From Candidatus Azambacteria bacterium (GTDB taxonomy: Bacteria > Patescibacteriota > Minisyncoccia > GWC2-36-17 > WO2-46-25), in the NCBI GenBank assembly GCA_016234725.1, contig JACRAK010000019.1, positions 5,801 through 69,800 of the forward strand: a stretch of 64,000 nt of DNA. Direction: 5' to 3'. Shown one piece after another: positions 30,808 through 40,857 of the stretch. The notes beneath the pieces are model-generated. The model did not search any database and was not told the origin of the DNA. It saw only the letters and a list, made by a program, of their open reading frames with translations. A program made the position numbers and the translations under genes. Numbering within the stretch: position 1 is the stretch's first letter; the number at the start of each line of letters is the position of its first letter.

Positions 30808-32958
30808 ATGAACAGAGAAGAAGCGAAAAAACTGTATATAAATATTGCGAAAGGAGGAGTATTTGCCTCCCTGCTTTCGCCCGTGGTGCTTTCGGCGCCG
30901 TTCTTTTTTCCGTTTATCGTACCAAAGACATTGTTTTTTCAAGTGGCGGTTACGGTCGCATTGTTCTTTTATATCGTGGTGGTGGCGCTTGATAAAAGAT
31001 ACGCGCCGAAATTCGATACGCTTACCAAGCTCGTGTTCGCGTTTTTTGGCGTCTATGTGCTTGCCGCGGCATTGGGGGAAAACCCCGCACGGAGTTTTTT
31101 TGGCACCTATGAGCGGATGCTTTCGGTGGTGAATATGGCGCATTTCGTGGCGCTGTATCTGATAGTGAGGTCGGTGTTCGTGTCTCAAAAGGACTGGTTG
31201 TGGCTTTTGCGCGCATCGGTGGGCGCGAGCGTGCTGGTAAGTTTATACGGTGTGGGCCAAAAAGTTGGCATTGATTGGTTTTATCATGCGGGCATCGATC
31301 GTATCGATTCCACTATCGGCAATGCGGCGTTTGTTGCGGGGTATCTCATATTTGCCGTATTTTTTGCATGTATGGTGCTGGTGAAGGACGGCAACCCCGT
31401 ATTTCGCGCGTGTGCGGCAAGTTCGCTCGCGCTGAACGCGGTCATTATCTACTTCACCGGCACGCGCGGTGCGGCAGTTGCGCTTGCGGCGGCGAGCATT
31501 GTGCTTCTTGCCGCATATTTTTTCAGACCGGTCCGCGCGCCGCTCATAAAAAAGGAACACATGAAATGGGCGCTGACCGTGATCGCACTCGCGCTGCTTG
31601 CGGTGGTGGCGCTTGAAGGGAAGGGCGTGTACCGGTCGTTTCAGCGCTTCTCATCGATCTCGCTTGCCGATGCCACGGTGCAGACACGCCTGCTTTCCGT
31701 TTCCACGGGTTGGGACGGGTTTTTGGCTCGGCCGGCGCTTGGATGGGGCCCGGAGAATTACAACCTTGTATTCGATAAATACTATAATCCCAAACTGTAC
31801 CCCACCGAGAATTGGTTTGATCACGCGCACAATATTTTTTTTGATATCGCGACGACCATGGGCATTGCGGGGCTTATCGCATATGCGGCGCTTCTTTTGT
31901 ATCTTGTGTTCCGCACGATCTCGTTCGCGCGAGCCGCTCCTGAGAATTATTGGGTTGGGGTATTTGCATGCGCGCTCGTCGTTGCGTATTTTATGCAGAA
32001 CGTATTTGTGTTCGACAGTTTGGCGACCTACCTTCCGTTCTTTATCTTGCTTGCATTCGCAAGCAGCGGATTTAAGTTGGGCAACGCAGATGAGCGCGCC
32101 CCAGAAGACAAGGCGAGAAAATTTTATAACCCATCGCTCACGATCATCGCGGTGCTTTTGCCGGTTTTTGCGGTTGTGGTGTATTGGGTTGATGTGCGGC
32201 CGGCGCTTGGCGCGTATCATACGGTGGCGGCATTGCAGATCCCGGTATCCTATGCGGGCGATGCGCTCGAGCGTTTCAAACAGGCGCTTGCGTACAGCAA
32301 TTTCGGGCGCGAAGAGATCCGCGGAAAGCTCGCCGATTACACGAGCGATGTATTATATGAAAAAGACATTACGGACAGCGAATTGAAGCGCCGCATCGCA
32401 GAGTTTACGATACAAGAAATGGAAGACAGCATCGTGCATGAACCGCTCAATTTCAGGAATTATCTCTATTATGCGAATTTTTTAAGCGGCAATCACGAGG
32501 TGCTCGCGGCAGTTGGCATTTCTGACGCGCTTGCGCGTGCGGATGAAACACTCGCGCGCGCACAGGAGCTCGCACCGCAGAAACCGATACTGTATCTCCA
32601 GTGGGGAAAGGTGAAATCGCTGGAAGGGGATGTCCGGGGAGCGGTGCTGTTGTTTGAAAAGGCGGTCGCGCTGAACCCCGCCGCTATCGACTCTCAGGTG
32701 CGCCTTGCGTTCGCATACCGAATGGCCGGTGCGCGCGAGCGGTCGCTTGAAGTTTCCCGCGCTGTTCTCGGCACCGGCGCACAGCTGGATATTCGCACCT
32801 ATATCGAGTTTGCCGAAAATTTTGCGGCGCTTGGCGCATATGATGAAGCGGCGGCTATGGCGCGCAAAGCGGCCGAGCTCGACCCTTCGCTTGCAGAGCA
32901 GGCAGAGGCGTTCATGCGGACGCTTGATGCGAAAAAAAGCGCACCGGCCAAACAGTAA
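30808..32958 (+). CDS. Wzy_C-like polytopic membrane protein with C-terminal TPR domain (paralog 3)
   Basis: Start chosen at MNREEAKKLY immediately after the previous stop. The list ORF from 30727 overlaps the upstream gene. Confidence 0.75.
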   Translation: MNREEAKKLYINIAKGGVFASLLSPVVLSAPFFFPFIVPKTLFFQVAVTVALFFYIVVVALDKRYAPKFDTLTKLVFAFFGVYVLAAALGENPARSFFGTYERMLSVVNMAHFVALYLIVRSVFVSQKDWLWLLRASVGASVLVSLYGVGQKVGIDWFYHAGIDRIDSTIGNAAFVAGYLIFAVFFACMVLVKDGNPVFRACAASSLALNAVIIYFTGTRGAAVALAAASIVLLAAYFFRPVRAPLIKKEHMKWALTVIALALLAVVALEGKGVYRSFQRFSSISLADATVQTRLLSVSTGWDGFLARPALGWGPENYNLVFDKYYNPKLYPTENWFDHAHNIFFDIATTMGIAGLIAYAALLLYLVFRTISFARAAPENYWVGVFACALVVAYFMQNVFVFDSLATYLPFFILLAFASSGFKLGNADERAPEDKARKFYNPSLTIIAVLLPVFAVVVYWVDVRPALGAYHTVAALQIPVSYAGDALERFKQALAYSNFGREEIRGKLADYTSDVLYEKDITDSELKRRIAEFTIQEMEDSIVHEPLNFRNYLYYANFLSGNHEVLAAVGISDALARADETLARAQELAPQKPILYLQWGKVKSLEGDVRGAVLLFEKAVALNPAAIDSQVRLAFAYRMAGARERSLEVSRAVLGTGAQLDIRTYIEFAENFAALGAYDEAAAMARKAAELDPSLAEQAEAFMRTLDAKKSAPAKQ

Positions 32959-32972
32959 TACACAGAAGTGCG

Positions 32973-34178
32973 TTGTACCCTGAACGCAAGAAGGTGTATA
33001 ATAGAAGGGAAATGCCATTTCAACCGGTACAATCAGATCCTGAGTACCATAGTTTTCAAAGGCGGCAATCTTTTCTGTGGGTTGCGCTGTTGGGCGTTGT
33101 TTTGCTTATCGGCGGCGTAGTGTTCTTGATCGCGTATCAGCTCATGCGCGGCGGAGGGGGAAACGGCGGCGCGCCGTCTGCGGTGGTGATGCCTGCGGTG
33201 AATGCGGTGGCATCGATCATACGCGGAGAAGCTGTTTCACAGGGCGATTATTTCCTGATGAGTGAAGTATCCTCGACCGATAAGCGCCTGAGAATTTTCA
33301 AAGTGTATTATGCGCCATTTTCAAAAGAAGAGATCTTTGCGATCCCGTGGCGCGATGGCGCGGCAGCTCCCGTGGTCGCGGAGTACGGCGAAAATCTTGC
33401 GGTATTCCTTGATTCCGGGCGGAGCATAGTGATCACGCGGGAAGGGAAAACGGTGTCGCTTTCCAATTCTTTTTTTGTGCCGGAAGATCCTCACTTCACT
33501 ATTTCTCCCGATGGGAAGAAAATGGTGTATTTCAAGCAATTCTCTTCGCTCGGTACGAAAAGCCTCACGATCCGTGATCTTGAAAAGAACGAAGATGTGT
33601 TCGGTTGGCCGATAAACTCTCCCGCTTCCGAGACGTGCGATTTTAGCGGATGGTCGGCAGATGGAGGAAAAGCGTATTGCACGAGCGTAAAAAACGGCAG
33701 GGTGATGGTGAAAGCGGTTGATGTGCGGCGATATTCATATGCCGTTGCCGCATCATTTTCCGGCGTGCGGGATGCGCAATTCTATCCCGCGCATGCGCTT
33801 GTTGTCGCGGCAGACAAACAAAGCATATTCACGTTCGATATCACCACAAAAGAAAAAAAGGATGTCCTTGCGCTTGCGGGCGAAGCAGTGGAAAGCGTTT
33901 TTCTTGCGCCCGACAGATCAAAGATAGTGTTTACCGCGGGCGGTGCCGTGCATGCGGTGGGGCTTGATGGCAGTGGTAAAAAGGAGATCGATCATGCAAC
34001 CCGCATACTTTCATTATTGCCTGACGGCGCTCGCGCGCTGGTAGAGGTGTCTGAAGACGGAGGAGCGCATTATGCCATCATCGGTATAGACGAAGAGAGC
34101 CATGCGGAGTTGGGCGGCATTACCAAGGATATCGTGCATGCCCAGTTCATCGGCTGGTTCTCAGGAGGCGTGAAGTAG
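32973..34178 (+). CDS. hypothetical membrane-anchored beta-propeller-like protein
   Basis: TM helix near the N-terminus and a repetitive beta-rich C-terminal region. Start uncertain; the alternative is MPFQ at 33012. Confidence 0.5.
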   Translation: MYPERKKVYNRREMPFQPVQSDPEYHSFQRRQSFLWVALLGVVLLIGGVVFLIAYQLMRGGGGNGGAPSAVVMPAVNAVASIIRGEAVSQGDYFLMSEVSSTDKRLRIFKVYYAPFSKEEIFAIPWRDGAAAPVVAEYGENLAVFLDSGRSIVITREGKTVSLSNSFFVPEDPHFTISPDGKKMVYFKQFSSLGTKSLTIRDLEKNEDVFGWPINSPASETCDFSGWSADGGKAYCTSVKNGRVMVKAVDVRRYSYAVAASFSGVRDAQFYPAHALVVAADKQSIFTFDITTKEKKDVLALAGEAVESVFLAPDRSKIVFTAGGAVHAVGLDGSGKKEIDHATRILSLLPDGARALVEVSEDGGAHYAIIGIDEESHAELGGITKDIVHAQFIGWFSGGVK

Positions 34179-34260
34179 GAATCATGAATCAGGAATTATG
34201 AATAAAAAGCAGGATGTGCTATCCTTGATTCTTGATCCGCTATTCCTAATTCTTGACCAA
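34178..34260. repeat. intergenic tandem-octamer palindrome (gaatcatgaatcaggaat … attcttgatccgctattcctaattcttga)
   Basis: Same gaatcagg unit family as 5403-5476. Confidence 0.7.
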
Positions 34261-36104
34261 TGGCCGGCCTTCCTTCTGAAGAGATCAAATCGCGGCTCGA
34301 CGTCCACGAGGTGCTGTCGGGCTATATTCGCTTGCAAAAAGCGGGGGCGAATTGGCGCGCATTGTGCCCATTCCATAACGAAAAAACGCCGTCATTCCAT
34401 GTGTCTTCGGCCCGCCAGATATGGCATTGTTTCGGGTGCGGGGAGGGCGGCGACATCTTTAAATTCGTCATGAAAATGGAGGGGGTGGAATTCGTTGATG
34501 CGTTGCGCATCTTGGCAAAAAAAGCGGGGGTGACCCTTCGCGCCCAGGATCCGAAGCTTGCAAGCGAGCGCACCCAACTGCTCGAGATCTGTACTGCCGC
34601 TGCGCGGTATTTCCAGAACAATTTTGAGAGCGAAGCGGGCGCAGAGGCGCGCACGTATCTCGCAAAACGCGGCATGACGGAAGAAACGATGCGTGAGTTC
34701 CGCATCGGCTATGCGCTTGATTCATGGGACGGGCTGTATCAGTTCTTGACGTTGAAAGGATACAAAAGTGACATGATCGAAAAGGCGGGGCTTGCGATCG
34801 TGAGTGAGAAATCGGGAAAGAAAAGATATTACGATCGTTTCCGCGGCAGGATCATGTTTCCGATCGCAGACCAGAATGGCGACGTCATCGCGTTCACCGG
34901 CCGCTACATCAAAGAACGGGAGGGGGAGGGGAAATATGTGAACAGCCCGCAAACGATACTCTACAACAAAAGCACTGTGCTGTACGGGCTTGATAAAGCG
35001 AAGATGGATATCCGCAAAGCGGAAACGGCGGTGCTTGTAGAAGGGCAGATGGATATGATCATGGCGTATCAGGACGGCGTCAAAAATATCGTCGCGGTGT
35101 CGGGCACGGCATTCACGCCGTATCAGCTTGCGACCCTAAAGCGCTACGCTTCCAAGCTGTGTATTCTTTTTGATGCCGACCCTGCCGGCGACGCGGCAAC
35201 GCGCAAGAGCATCGCGCTCGCGTGGGACCAGGGGTTTGCCGTGAGCGTCGCGAAAGTCCCCGGAGAAAAAGACCCGGCCGATTTCGTGATCGACCACCCT
35301 AAAAAGCTCGCCGAAGAGATCGCGCGCGCGGTATCGGTGATGGACTACTATTTTGACTCCGTATTTTCAAAATACGACCCTAAAAAAGTGGAAGACAAAA
35401 AGATCATTGCAGCAACTTTGCTTCCGCAGATCAAGAAACTTCAGAGTAAAGTAGAAACGCATCATTGGCTCGAGCAGCTTTCGTTGCGGCTCGGCACGAA
35501 AGTGGAGTATCTCGAAGAAGAAATGAAACGCATCAAGCCGGAAGAAAGTTTTCTTGAGCATGCCGCTGTGCCAAAAGAAGAAGAGGAAAAAACAGTGATA
35601 GAACGCACGATAGTGGATAAGTTCTTGGAGCATCTTATGGCGCTTGTCTATGCGCAGAAAGAAGAAAAGGCGTTTGCCGCGTCATGCGACGTTCTTTCCG
35701 GGTTTGAGTTCCTTAATCGTATCCGAGAAGACGAAAACATAGGAAAAGACATGATCTCTGCCCCCATGCGCGAAGTATTTGACTTATTTATGAAATATGG
35801 TAAAATCAAGGGACATTCAGGCAAATTCGATGAGCCAATGACCGCAGACGCACAGGACATACTCAACGAAGTTCTGCTGATGTCCGAGATCTCCGCATAC
35901 GAGAACATCGAGCAAGAGATCCTTTTTTCCGCCTCTCGCGTAGAGCGCGAACTCATCGAAAGCGAGCTCAGGTGGCGCGAATTCGCATTACGGGAAGCGG
36001 AGGCAAAAAACGATGCGGCGCTTTCCGATCGTTTGTTTCAAGAAGTAAGCGCGTTGAGCGCAAAGAAGTCAAAATTAATGCCGCAAACCGCGGCGGTAAA
36101 ATAA
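34260..36104 (+). CDS. dnaG: DNA primase
   Basis: CHC2 zinc finger (CPFHNEKTPSFHV…WHCFGCGEGGD), TOPRIM domain (EGQMD, DAD.AG), 614 aa. Confidence 0.9.
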   Translation: MAGLPSEEIKSRLDVHEVLSGYIRLQKAGANWRALCPFHNEKTPSFHVSSARQIWHCFGCGEGGDIFKFVMKMEGVEFVDALRILAKKAGVTLRAQDPKLASERTQLLEICTAAARYFQNNFESEAGAEARTYLAKRGMTEETMREFRIGYALDSWDGLYQFLTLKGYKSDMIEKAGLAIVSEKSGKKRYYDRFRGRIMFPIADQNGDVIAFTGRYIKEREGEGKYVNSPQTILYNKSTVLYGLDKAKMDIRKAETAVLVEGQMDMIMAYQDGVKNIVAVSGTAFTPYQLATLKRYASKLCILFDADPAGDAATRKSIALAWDQGFAVSVAKVPGEKDPADFVIDHPKKLAEEIARAVSVMDYYFDSVFSKYDPKKVEDKKIIAATLLPQIKKLQSKVETHHWLEQLSLRLGTKVEYLEEEMKRIKPEESFLEHAAVPKEEEEKTVIERTIVDKFLEHLMALVYAQKEEKAFAASCDVLSGFEFLNRIREDENIGKDMISAPMREVFDLFMKYGKIKGHSGKFDEPMTADAQDILNEVLLMSEISAYENIEQEILFSASRVERELIESELRWREFALREAEAKNDAALSDRLFQEVSALSAKKSKLMPQTAAVK

Positions 36105-36116
36105 TTGTGAAATAGC

Positions 36117-37409
36117 ATGGCAAAACCCGCAAAAAAAGCGTCAAAGAAGCCGCAGAAGCAAAAAAAACATAAACCCGCGCCGAAAAAACGCGAAATAAAA
36201 AAACGCGCGCCGAAAAAAGCGGAAGTGAAAAAACCGCTGACAAAATCGTTCCATAAGCAAGAAGGGTTCATTTCAAGCCCGAAGAAAAAGAAGGTGGCGG
36301 AAGCTGATGCACAGGAAAAGGCGATGAACGAATTGCTTACGAAGGGGCGGCTCCGCGGATTCGTGACCTACACGGAAATTTTGCATATGATGCCGCACAT
36401 CGAGCAGGATGTTTCGGCGCTCGAAACGCTCTACGAGCACTTAAGCGACGCGAATATCAAGCTCATGGATGCGCGCGACCTTCTTGAAATACCGGAAGAA
36501 GAAGAGGGAGAGAAAAAAGAAGGGAAGAAAGAAAAGAAAAAGAAGAAGGCGAAGGAAAAAGCCGATGACGCGGATGACGCCGCGCAGGATTCCGTGCAGA
36601 TGTATCTGCGCGAGATCGGCAAAATATCGCTGTTGACCGGCGATGAAGAAAAAGAGCTCGCCAGAAAGATCGAGCAGGGGAACGAAGAAGCAAAACGCAA
36701 GCTCACCGAAGCGAACCTGCGGCTTGTGGTCAGTATCGCCAAGAAGTACGCGGGAAGAAGCCCGCATCTCACGCTTCTTGATCTTATCCAAGAGGGGAAC
36801 ATGGGCTTGTTCAAAGCGGTGGAGAAGTTCGATTACCGGAAAGGATATAAATTCTCAACGTACGCGACGTGGTGGATACGGCAGGCGATCACGCGCGCGC
36901 TGGCAGACCAGGCGCGCACCATCCGCATTCCCGTGCATATGGTAGAAACGATCTCGCGGTTCACGCAGGTGAAGCGCCGTCTCCTGCAGGACCTGGGCAG
37001 AGAGCCGCTCGCGGAGGAAATCGCGGCAGAAATGGAGCTTGAAGTGGAAAAAGTGCGCCATATCATGAAGATCTCGCAAGAGACCATCTCGCTTGAAACG
37101 CCGCTCGGAGACGACAGCGAGGATTCAACGCTTGGCGAATTCATCGAAGACGAAAAAGAGATCGTGCCGTCGCAAAGCGCGGCGCGCGGCTTACTGCGTG
37201 ATCAGCTCAAAGAGATCATGTCCGACCTCAGTCCGAGAGAACAAAAGATCCTTCACATGCGGTTTGGCATTGAAGATGGCATCACACATACGCTCGAAGA
37301 GGTGGGAAAAGAGTTCGGGGTCACCAGAGAGCGCATCCGCCAGATCGAAGCGAAAGCGCTTGAAAAGATTCGCGCGCATAAGAAGCTTCATAAGCTGGAA
37401 GGATATTAA
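36117..37409 (+). CDS. rpoD: RNA polymerase sigma factor (sigma-70, primary)
   Basis: Lys-rich N-terminus, region 2 ([13 protein letters not shown]) and region 4 HTH. Lies next to dnaG, the classic arrangement. Confidence 0.9.
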   Translation: MAKPAKKASKKPQKQKKHKPAPKKREIKKRAPKKAEVKKPLTKSFHKQEGFISSPKKKKVAEADAQEKAMNELLTKGRLRGFVTYTEILHMMPHIEQDVSALETLYEHLSDANIKLMDARDLLEIPEEEEGEKKEGKKEKKKKKAKEKADDADDAAQDSVQMYLREIGKISLLTGDEEKELARKIEQGNEEAKRKLTEANLRLVVSIAKKYAGRSPHLTLLDLIQEGNMGLFKAVEKFDYRKGYKFSTYATWWIRQAITRALADQARTIRIPVHMVETISRFTQVKRRLLQDLGREPLAEEIAAEMELEVEKVRHIMKISQETISLETPLGDDSEDSTLGEFIEDEKEIVPSQSAARGLLRDQLKEIMSDLSPREQKILHMRFGIEDGITHTLEEVGKEFGVTRERIRQIEAKALEKIRAHKKLHKLEGY

Positions 37410-37682
37410 AACCGGTTTTAGTTGCGCGGGGTTACAAAAAAAGTATATAATTGATACGCTTTGTTCTTTCCATTTTATTTCGTCAAGCGAGGAGCAAAAT
37501 AAAAACTTGTTTTCATTTTGTCCGAGCGTCGGCGAAACAAAGGGCTTACACCCTTTTATTTTTTCGGCAGCCGATCGGCCGCAATGTCGGCCGGCACCGG
37601 TGCCGGAATTACCGTAAAGCACTCCGCTGGCGTACGCGCAAGCGCATGCCGGTGGAGATGCGATGCGGGAGATATTTTATAT

Positions 37683-37757
37683 TCCGCGGTGGCGCAGTGG
37701 TAGCGCAGGCGACTGTTAATCGCTTGGTCGTAGGTTCGAATCCTACCCGCGGAGCCA
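37683..37757 (+). tRNA. tRNA-Asn (anticodon GTT)
   Basis: Acceptor stem tccgcgg/ccgcgga, D-arm gcgcagtggtagcgc, anticodon loop cuGUUaa, T-arm gtaggttcgaatcctac, 3' CCA encoded. Confidence 0.85.
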
Positions 37758-37765
37758 GATAGGAC

Positions 37766-37795
37766 AAAAACACCCATATGGGTGTTTTTCGTTTT
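37766..37795 (+). terminator. intrinsic terminator (aaaaacaccca-tat-gggtgttttt)
   Basis: Perfect hairpin plus U-tract right after the tRNA. Confidence 0.7.
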
Positions 37796-37833
37796 CTACG
37801 GATTTTTTGTTGCCGGTGTGGTAAAATGAGTTT

Positions 37834-38379
37834 ATGAGAGTAACCAATTTTTTCAAATTGGTTATTGCGATTGTTGTGTCGGAATTAGCCGGAGTGATCG
37901 GTTCGGTTTTTACTATCTCCGCGATTCCGACTTGGTATGCCGGGCTGGTGAAGCCGGCGCTGAATCCTCCCGCATGGGTGTTTAGTCCTGTGTGGACAGC
38001 GCTGTACGCGCTGATAGGCATTTCTTTGTATCTTGTCTGGAAGAACAACTGGGAAGTCAAAAATCGCTTTTTGGAAGTCAGACGAAAAGCGTGGAACAGA
38101 TGGTCCGAACGTTTGTGGACCGGCGACCTGCAGAAAATGAACGCGGTGGCGATCTTTGGGGTGCAATATATTTTAAATATCGCATGGCCGTATCTGTTTT
38201 TCGGCCTGCACCTTCCCAGCTTTGCTTTTTTTGAACTCTGTGCGCTGTGGTTTTCGATCGTCTGGACGGTCGTTGTTTTTTACCGGATCTCGCGGCCGGC
38301 GGCGTATCTGCTTGTGCCATATCTTGTATGGGTGAGTTTTGCTTTGTACTTGAATTACTCGATCTGGATGCTTAACTGA
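37834..38379 (+). CDS. tspO: TspO/MBR family tryptophan-rich sensory protein
   Basis: WYAGLVKPALNPPAWVFSPVWTALYALIG plus 5 TM helices and many Trp. Confidence 0.8.
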   Translation: MRVTNFFKLVIAIVVSELAGVIGSVFTISAIPTWYAGLVKPALNPPAWVFSPVWTALYALIGISLYLVWKNNWEVKNRFLEVRRKAWNRWSERLWTGDLQKMNAVAIFGVQYILNIAWPYLFFGLHLPSFAFFELCALWFSIVWTVVVFYRISRPAAYLLVPYLVWVSFALYLNYSIWMLN

Positions 38380-38412
38380 GCTGATGTATTACTCGCGGTT
38401 CACGATCGTGTG

Positions 38413-38901
38413 TCAGAGCTTTTTCAGTAAAAATTTTGCTGAATAATAGCCCACGATAAATGCAAGGGCGTGGACGACGCCAAACGCAAGGCCTGTTCCC
38501 ACAAGTCCCATACCTAAAAAAGTCAACCCGCGCAAGGGGATGCCAAAGGGCTGGTAATAGAATATCGCCGGGAGGATATTGTAATAGAAGCCAAAGATCG
38601 ATGAAATGATAACGCCGGCGGATGCTACTGTGATAAACGTATTTCCTTTAAGGTCAAACACCGACAGGAATATGAGTGAAAAGATAAAATAAAAAGCCAT
38701 CTTGGCCATAAAATAGGCCGGGGTTTCCATCGGATCTGAAAATAACAAGTGAGAAAAATAATCAATGACAAAGACGCCGATGGCGGATATTAAAAGAGAA
38801 CCAAGTACTATTTTTATATAATTTTTCTTATCAGCCATTTTCTTATTGTAAAAATTATCGCCGTTAGAACAACAGCCCCGGATACGGAATACAGTGACCA
38901 A
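38413..38901 (-). CDS. hypothetical small membrane protein
   Basis: 4 predicted TM helices. The start is probably MADKK at 38838. Confidence 0.4.
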   Translation of the reverse strand: MVTVFRIRGCCSNGDNFYNKKMADKKNYIKIVLGSLLISAIGVFVIDYFSHLLFSDPMETPAYFMAKMAFYFIFSLIFLSVFDLKGNTFITVASAGVIISSIFGFYYNILPAIFYYQPFGIPLRGLTFLGMGLVGTGLAFGVVHALAFIVGYYSAKFLLKKL

Positions 38902-39167
38902 TATTCGCTGACCGTTCTGCCCCCGAGAACAATGTACATTAATTCATCTGCAGCTAAGCCAGAGCCCACAGAAAAGATGCCTATTCTCAATCCAGTATAT
39001 CTTTTAGGTACTAGTAAAGCAAAGAAAATAAACAGTACCCCGATCCAGAAATGATGAATGATCGCCCCGCTCACGATGAGTTTTCTCTGGGGAAAAAGAA
39101 AAACCTCCATCCTCATCGCAAGAACAGTTACAACAAAGATACTATAAAAAACAGTATCGCTTTTCAT
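38814..39167 (-). CDS. hypothetical small membrane protein
   Basis: Hydrophobic; 3-4 TM helices. Confidence 0.4.
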   Translation of the reverse strand: MKSDTVFYSIFVVTVLAMRMEVFLFPQRKLIVSGAIIHHFWIGVLFIFFALLVPKRYTGLRIGIFSVGSGLAADELMYIVLGGRTVSEYWSLYSVSGAVVLTAIIFTIRKWLIRKII

Positions 39168-39268
39168 GATAGCATATTACCATCTTGAACGCGGGCCCTC
39201 CAAGACATATACTATACATATCATCAACCCGTTATACCAAGTAAGAAAAAGCAATAAAATATAAGCAT

Positions 39269-40029
39269 ATGTTCGAATTAACAAAAAAAGTGGCATTCGT
39301 GACGGGCGGTCGACGCGGCATGGGCAGAACCCATGCGCTCGCGCTGGCAGAACAGGGGGCAAGAGTCGTTGTTGCCGATATTGACCAAAACGAATGTATG
39401 GCGGTGGTCGAGGAAATAAGATCAAAGGGCGGCGAAGCCATTTGCTTTCAGATGGATGTTTCGAATAAGGCCGAAATTGAGCACGTATTTGATGAAGTTA
39501 TCAAGCAATATGGCCGTCTGGATATTTTGGTCAATAATGCCGGTATCTATATCCCAAAACCAGCGCTTGAACTCACAGAAGAAGAGTGGGATAAAACGAT
39601 AGATATCAATCTCAAGGGACAGTTCCTTTGCGCCCAACGAGCCGCGAAAGAAATGGCAAAAATAAATGGGGGCGGATCATCAATATATCCTCGGTTGCTT
39701 CCGGTCAGGTTGGCGTGGGAATCGCCGGCGGCGCGCATTATACCGCGTCAAAAGGCGGGGTTATCGGCATGTCAGAGACCTTAGCGATCGAGCGGGCTCC
39801 TTTGGGGGTCAATGTGAATGTCATTGCTCCCGGCGCGATCGACACTCCGATGGTGCAAGCCGCGCAAATACCAAAAGAGGCAATGGACGCAATGCTCGGG
39901 CGTGTGCCGCTTAAGCGGATCGGGAAACCGGAGGAAGTATCCGCCATGGTTGTTTTTCTCGCGTCTGAAGAAGCAAGCTATGTCACTGGCGCAACATTCT
40001 ATGTGGATGGCGGCTGGCTTGCCGTGTAA
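39269..40029 (+). pseudogene. short-chain dehydrogenase/reductase (FabG-like) disrupted by a frameshift in a G-run near 39660
   Basis: N-terminal TGGRRGMG…NNAG is in frame 1. Catalytic S…YxxxK (NISSVASGQ…YTASKGG) is in the +1 frame. Inserting one G in 'atgggggcgg' restores the frame. Confidence 0.7.
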
Positions 40030-40170
40030 CGACCAGGATAGGCAAGGATGTTGCCGGGAATTTGCCAAATTGCGGTGCGGAATGCGTGAAGTGCGCGGAG
40101 CAAAGGAGAACTCTTTCTTTTATTAGTATTTGTTGCTATACTCACAGAACGGTTAATTAATCACATATAT

Positions 40171-40290
40171 ATGGGAAGAAAAACAGGCATTGTAAAGGGG
40201 CGAGCATCTCATTCTCACAAAACAAAGAAGCGATTGGAGATCAAGCGTCTTATGCTTGAGGCAAAGAAGAAAAAAGGAAAGAAGAAATAA
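40171..40290 (+). CDS. small Lys-rich peptide (39 aa), not in the supplied ORF track
   Basis: ATG to TAA read directly (MGRKTGIVKGRASHSHKTKKRLEIKRLMLEAKKKKGKKK). Ribosomal-protein-like composition, but unrecognised. Confidence 0.25.
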   Translation: MGRKTGIVKGRASHSHKTKKRLEIKRLMLEAKKKKGKKK

Positions 40291-40323
40291 GAGCCGTAGC
40301 GCGTATATCGTTATATTTTCTTT

Positions 40324-40698
40324 ATGAACGAAGCACCGCCAGATCAAGAAGAAAAGGAGCGGAAAAAGGGAGAAATAATCACTTTAGCTAGAGAGCTTAG
40401 CGAGAGCCAGGAGAGTTTTCCGTTTCCCGGCATTGAATCGGGGTCGTACGAAAAACTGAAGGCCGCCGATGAGGAATTTCCCGGTTTTGTTACCCCCATA
40501 GATGAATTGATCGTAAGATTTGAGAGTGAGGGAATGAAGGTTGCATTAGGAGAGTATCCTGATAGCGGAAATGTTTTTATCCTGCCATCACAAAGCAATG
40601 ACATTGAAATGGATAGCATTCTGCCGAGACATTTGCGTCCCGAGGCGACGGATGAGAAACTTAATGAATTGATCTTGCTAAGCAAGGAACAGAAATAA
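40324..40698 (+). CDS. hypothetical acidic protein
   Basis: ORF with coding-like composition. Confidence 0.4.
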   Translation: MNEAPPDQEEKERKKGEIITLARELSESQESFPFPGIESGSYEKLKAADEEFPGFVTPIDELIVRFESEGMKVALGEYPDSGNVFILPSQSNDIEMDSILPRHLRPEATDEKLNELILLSKEQK

Positions 40699-40857
40699 AA
40701 AGACGTATTCTTTTGAGCACAGGTCTCACAGCGTTCGCGATGTATAGTATTTGACGGATACAATAAATTATGATATAGAAAGCACACAGCGAACGCTGTG
40801 TGCTTTCTTTAACAATCGAGTATAACGCAATAGAGCTCACCATAAAGGAGGGGTATA

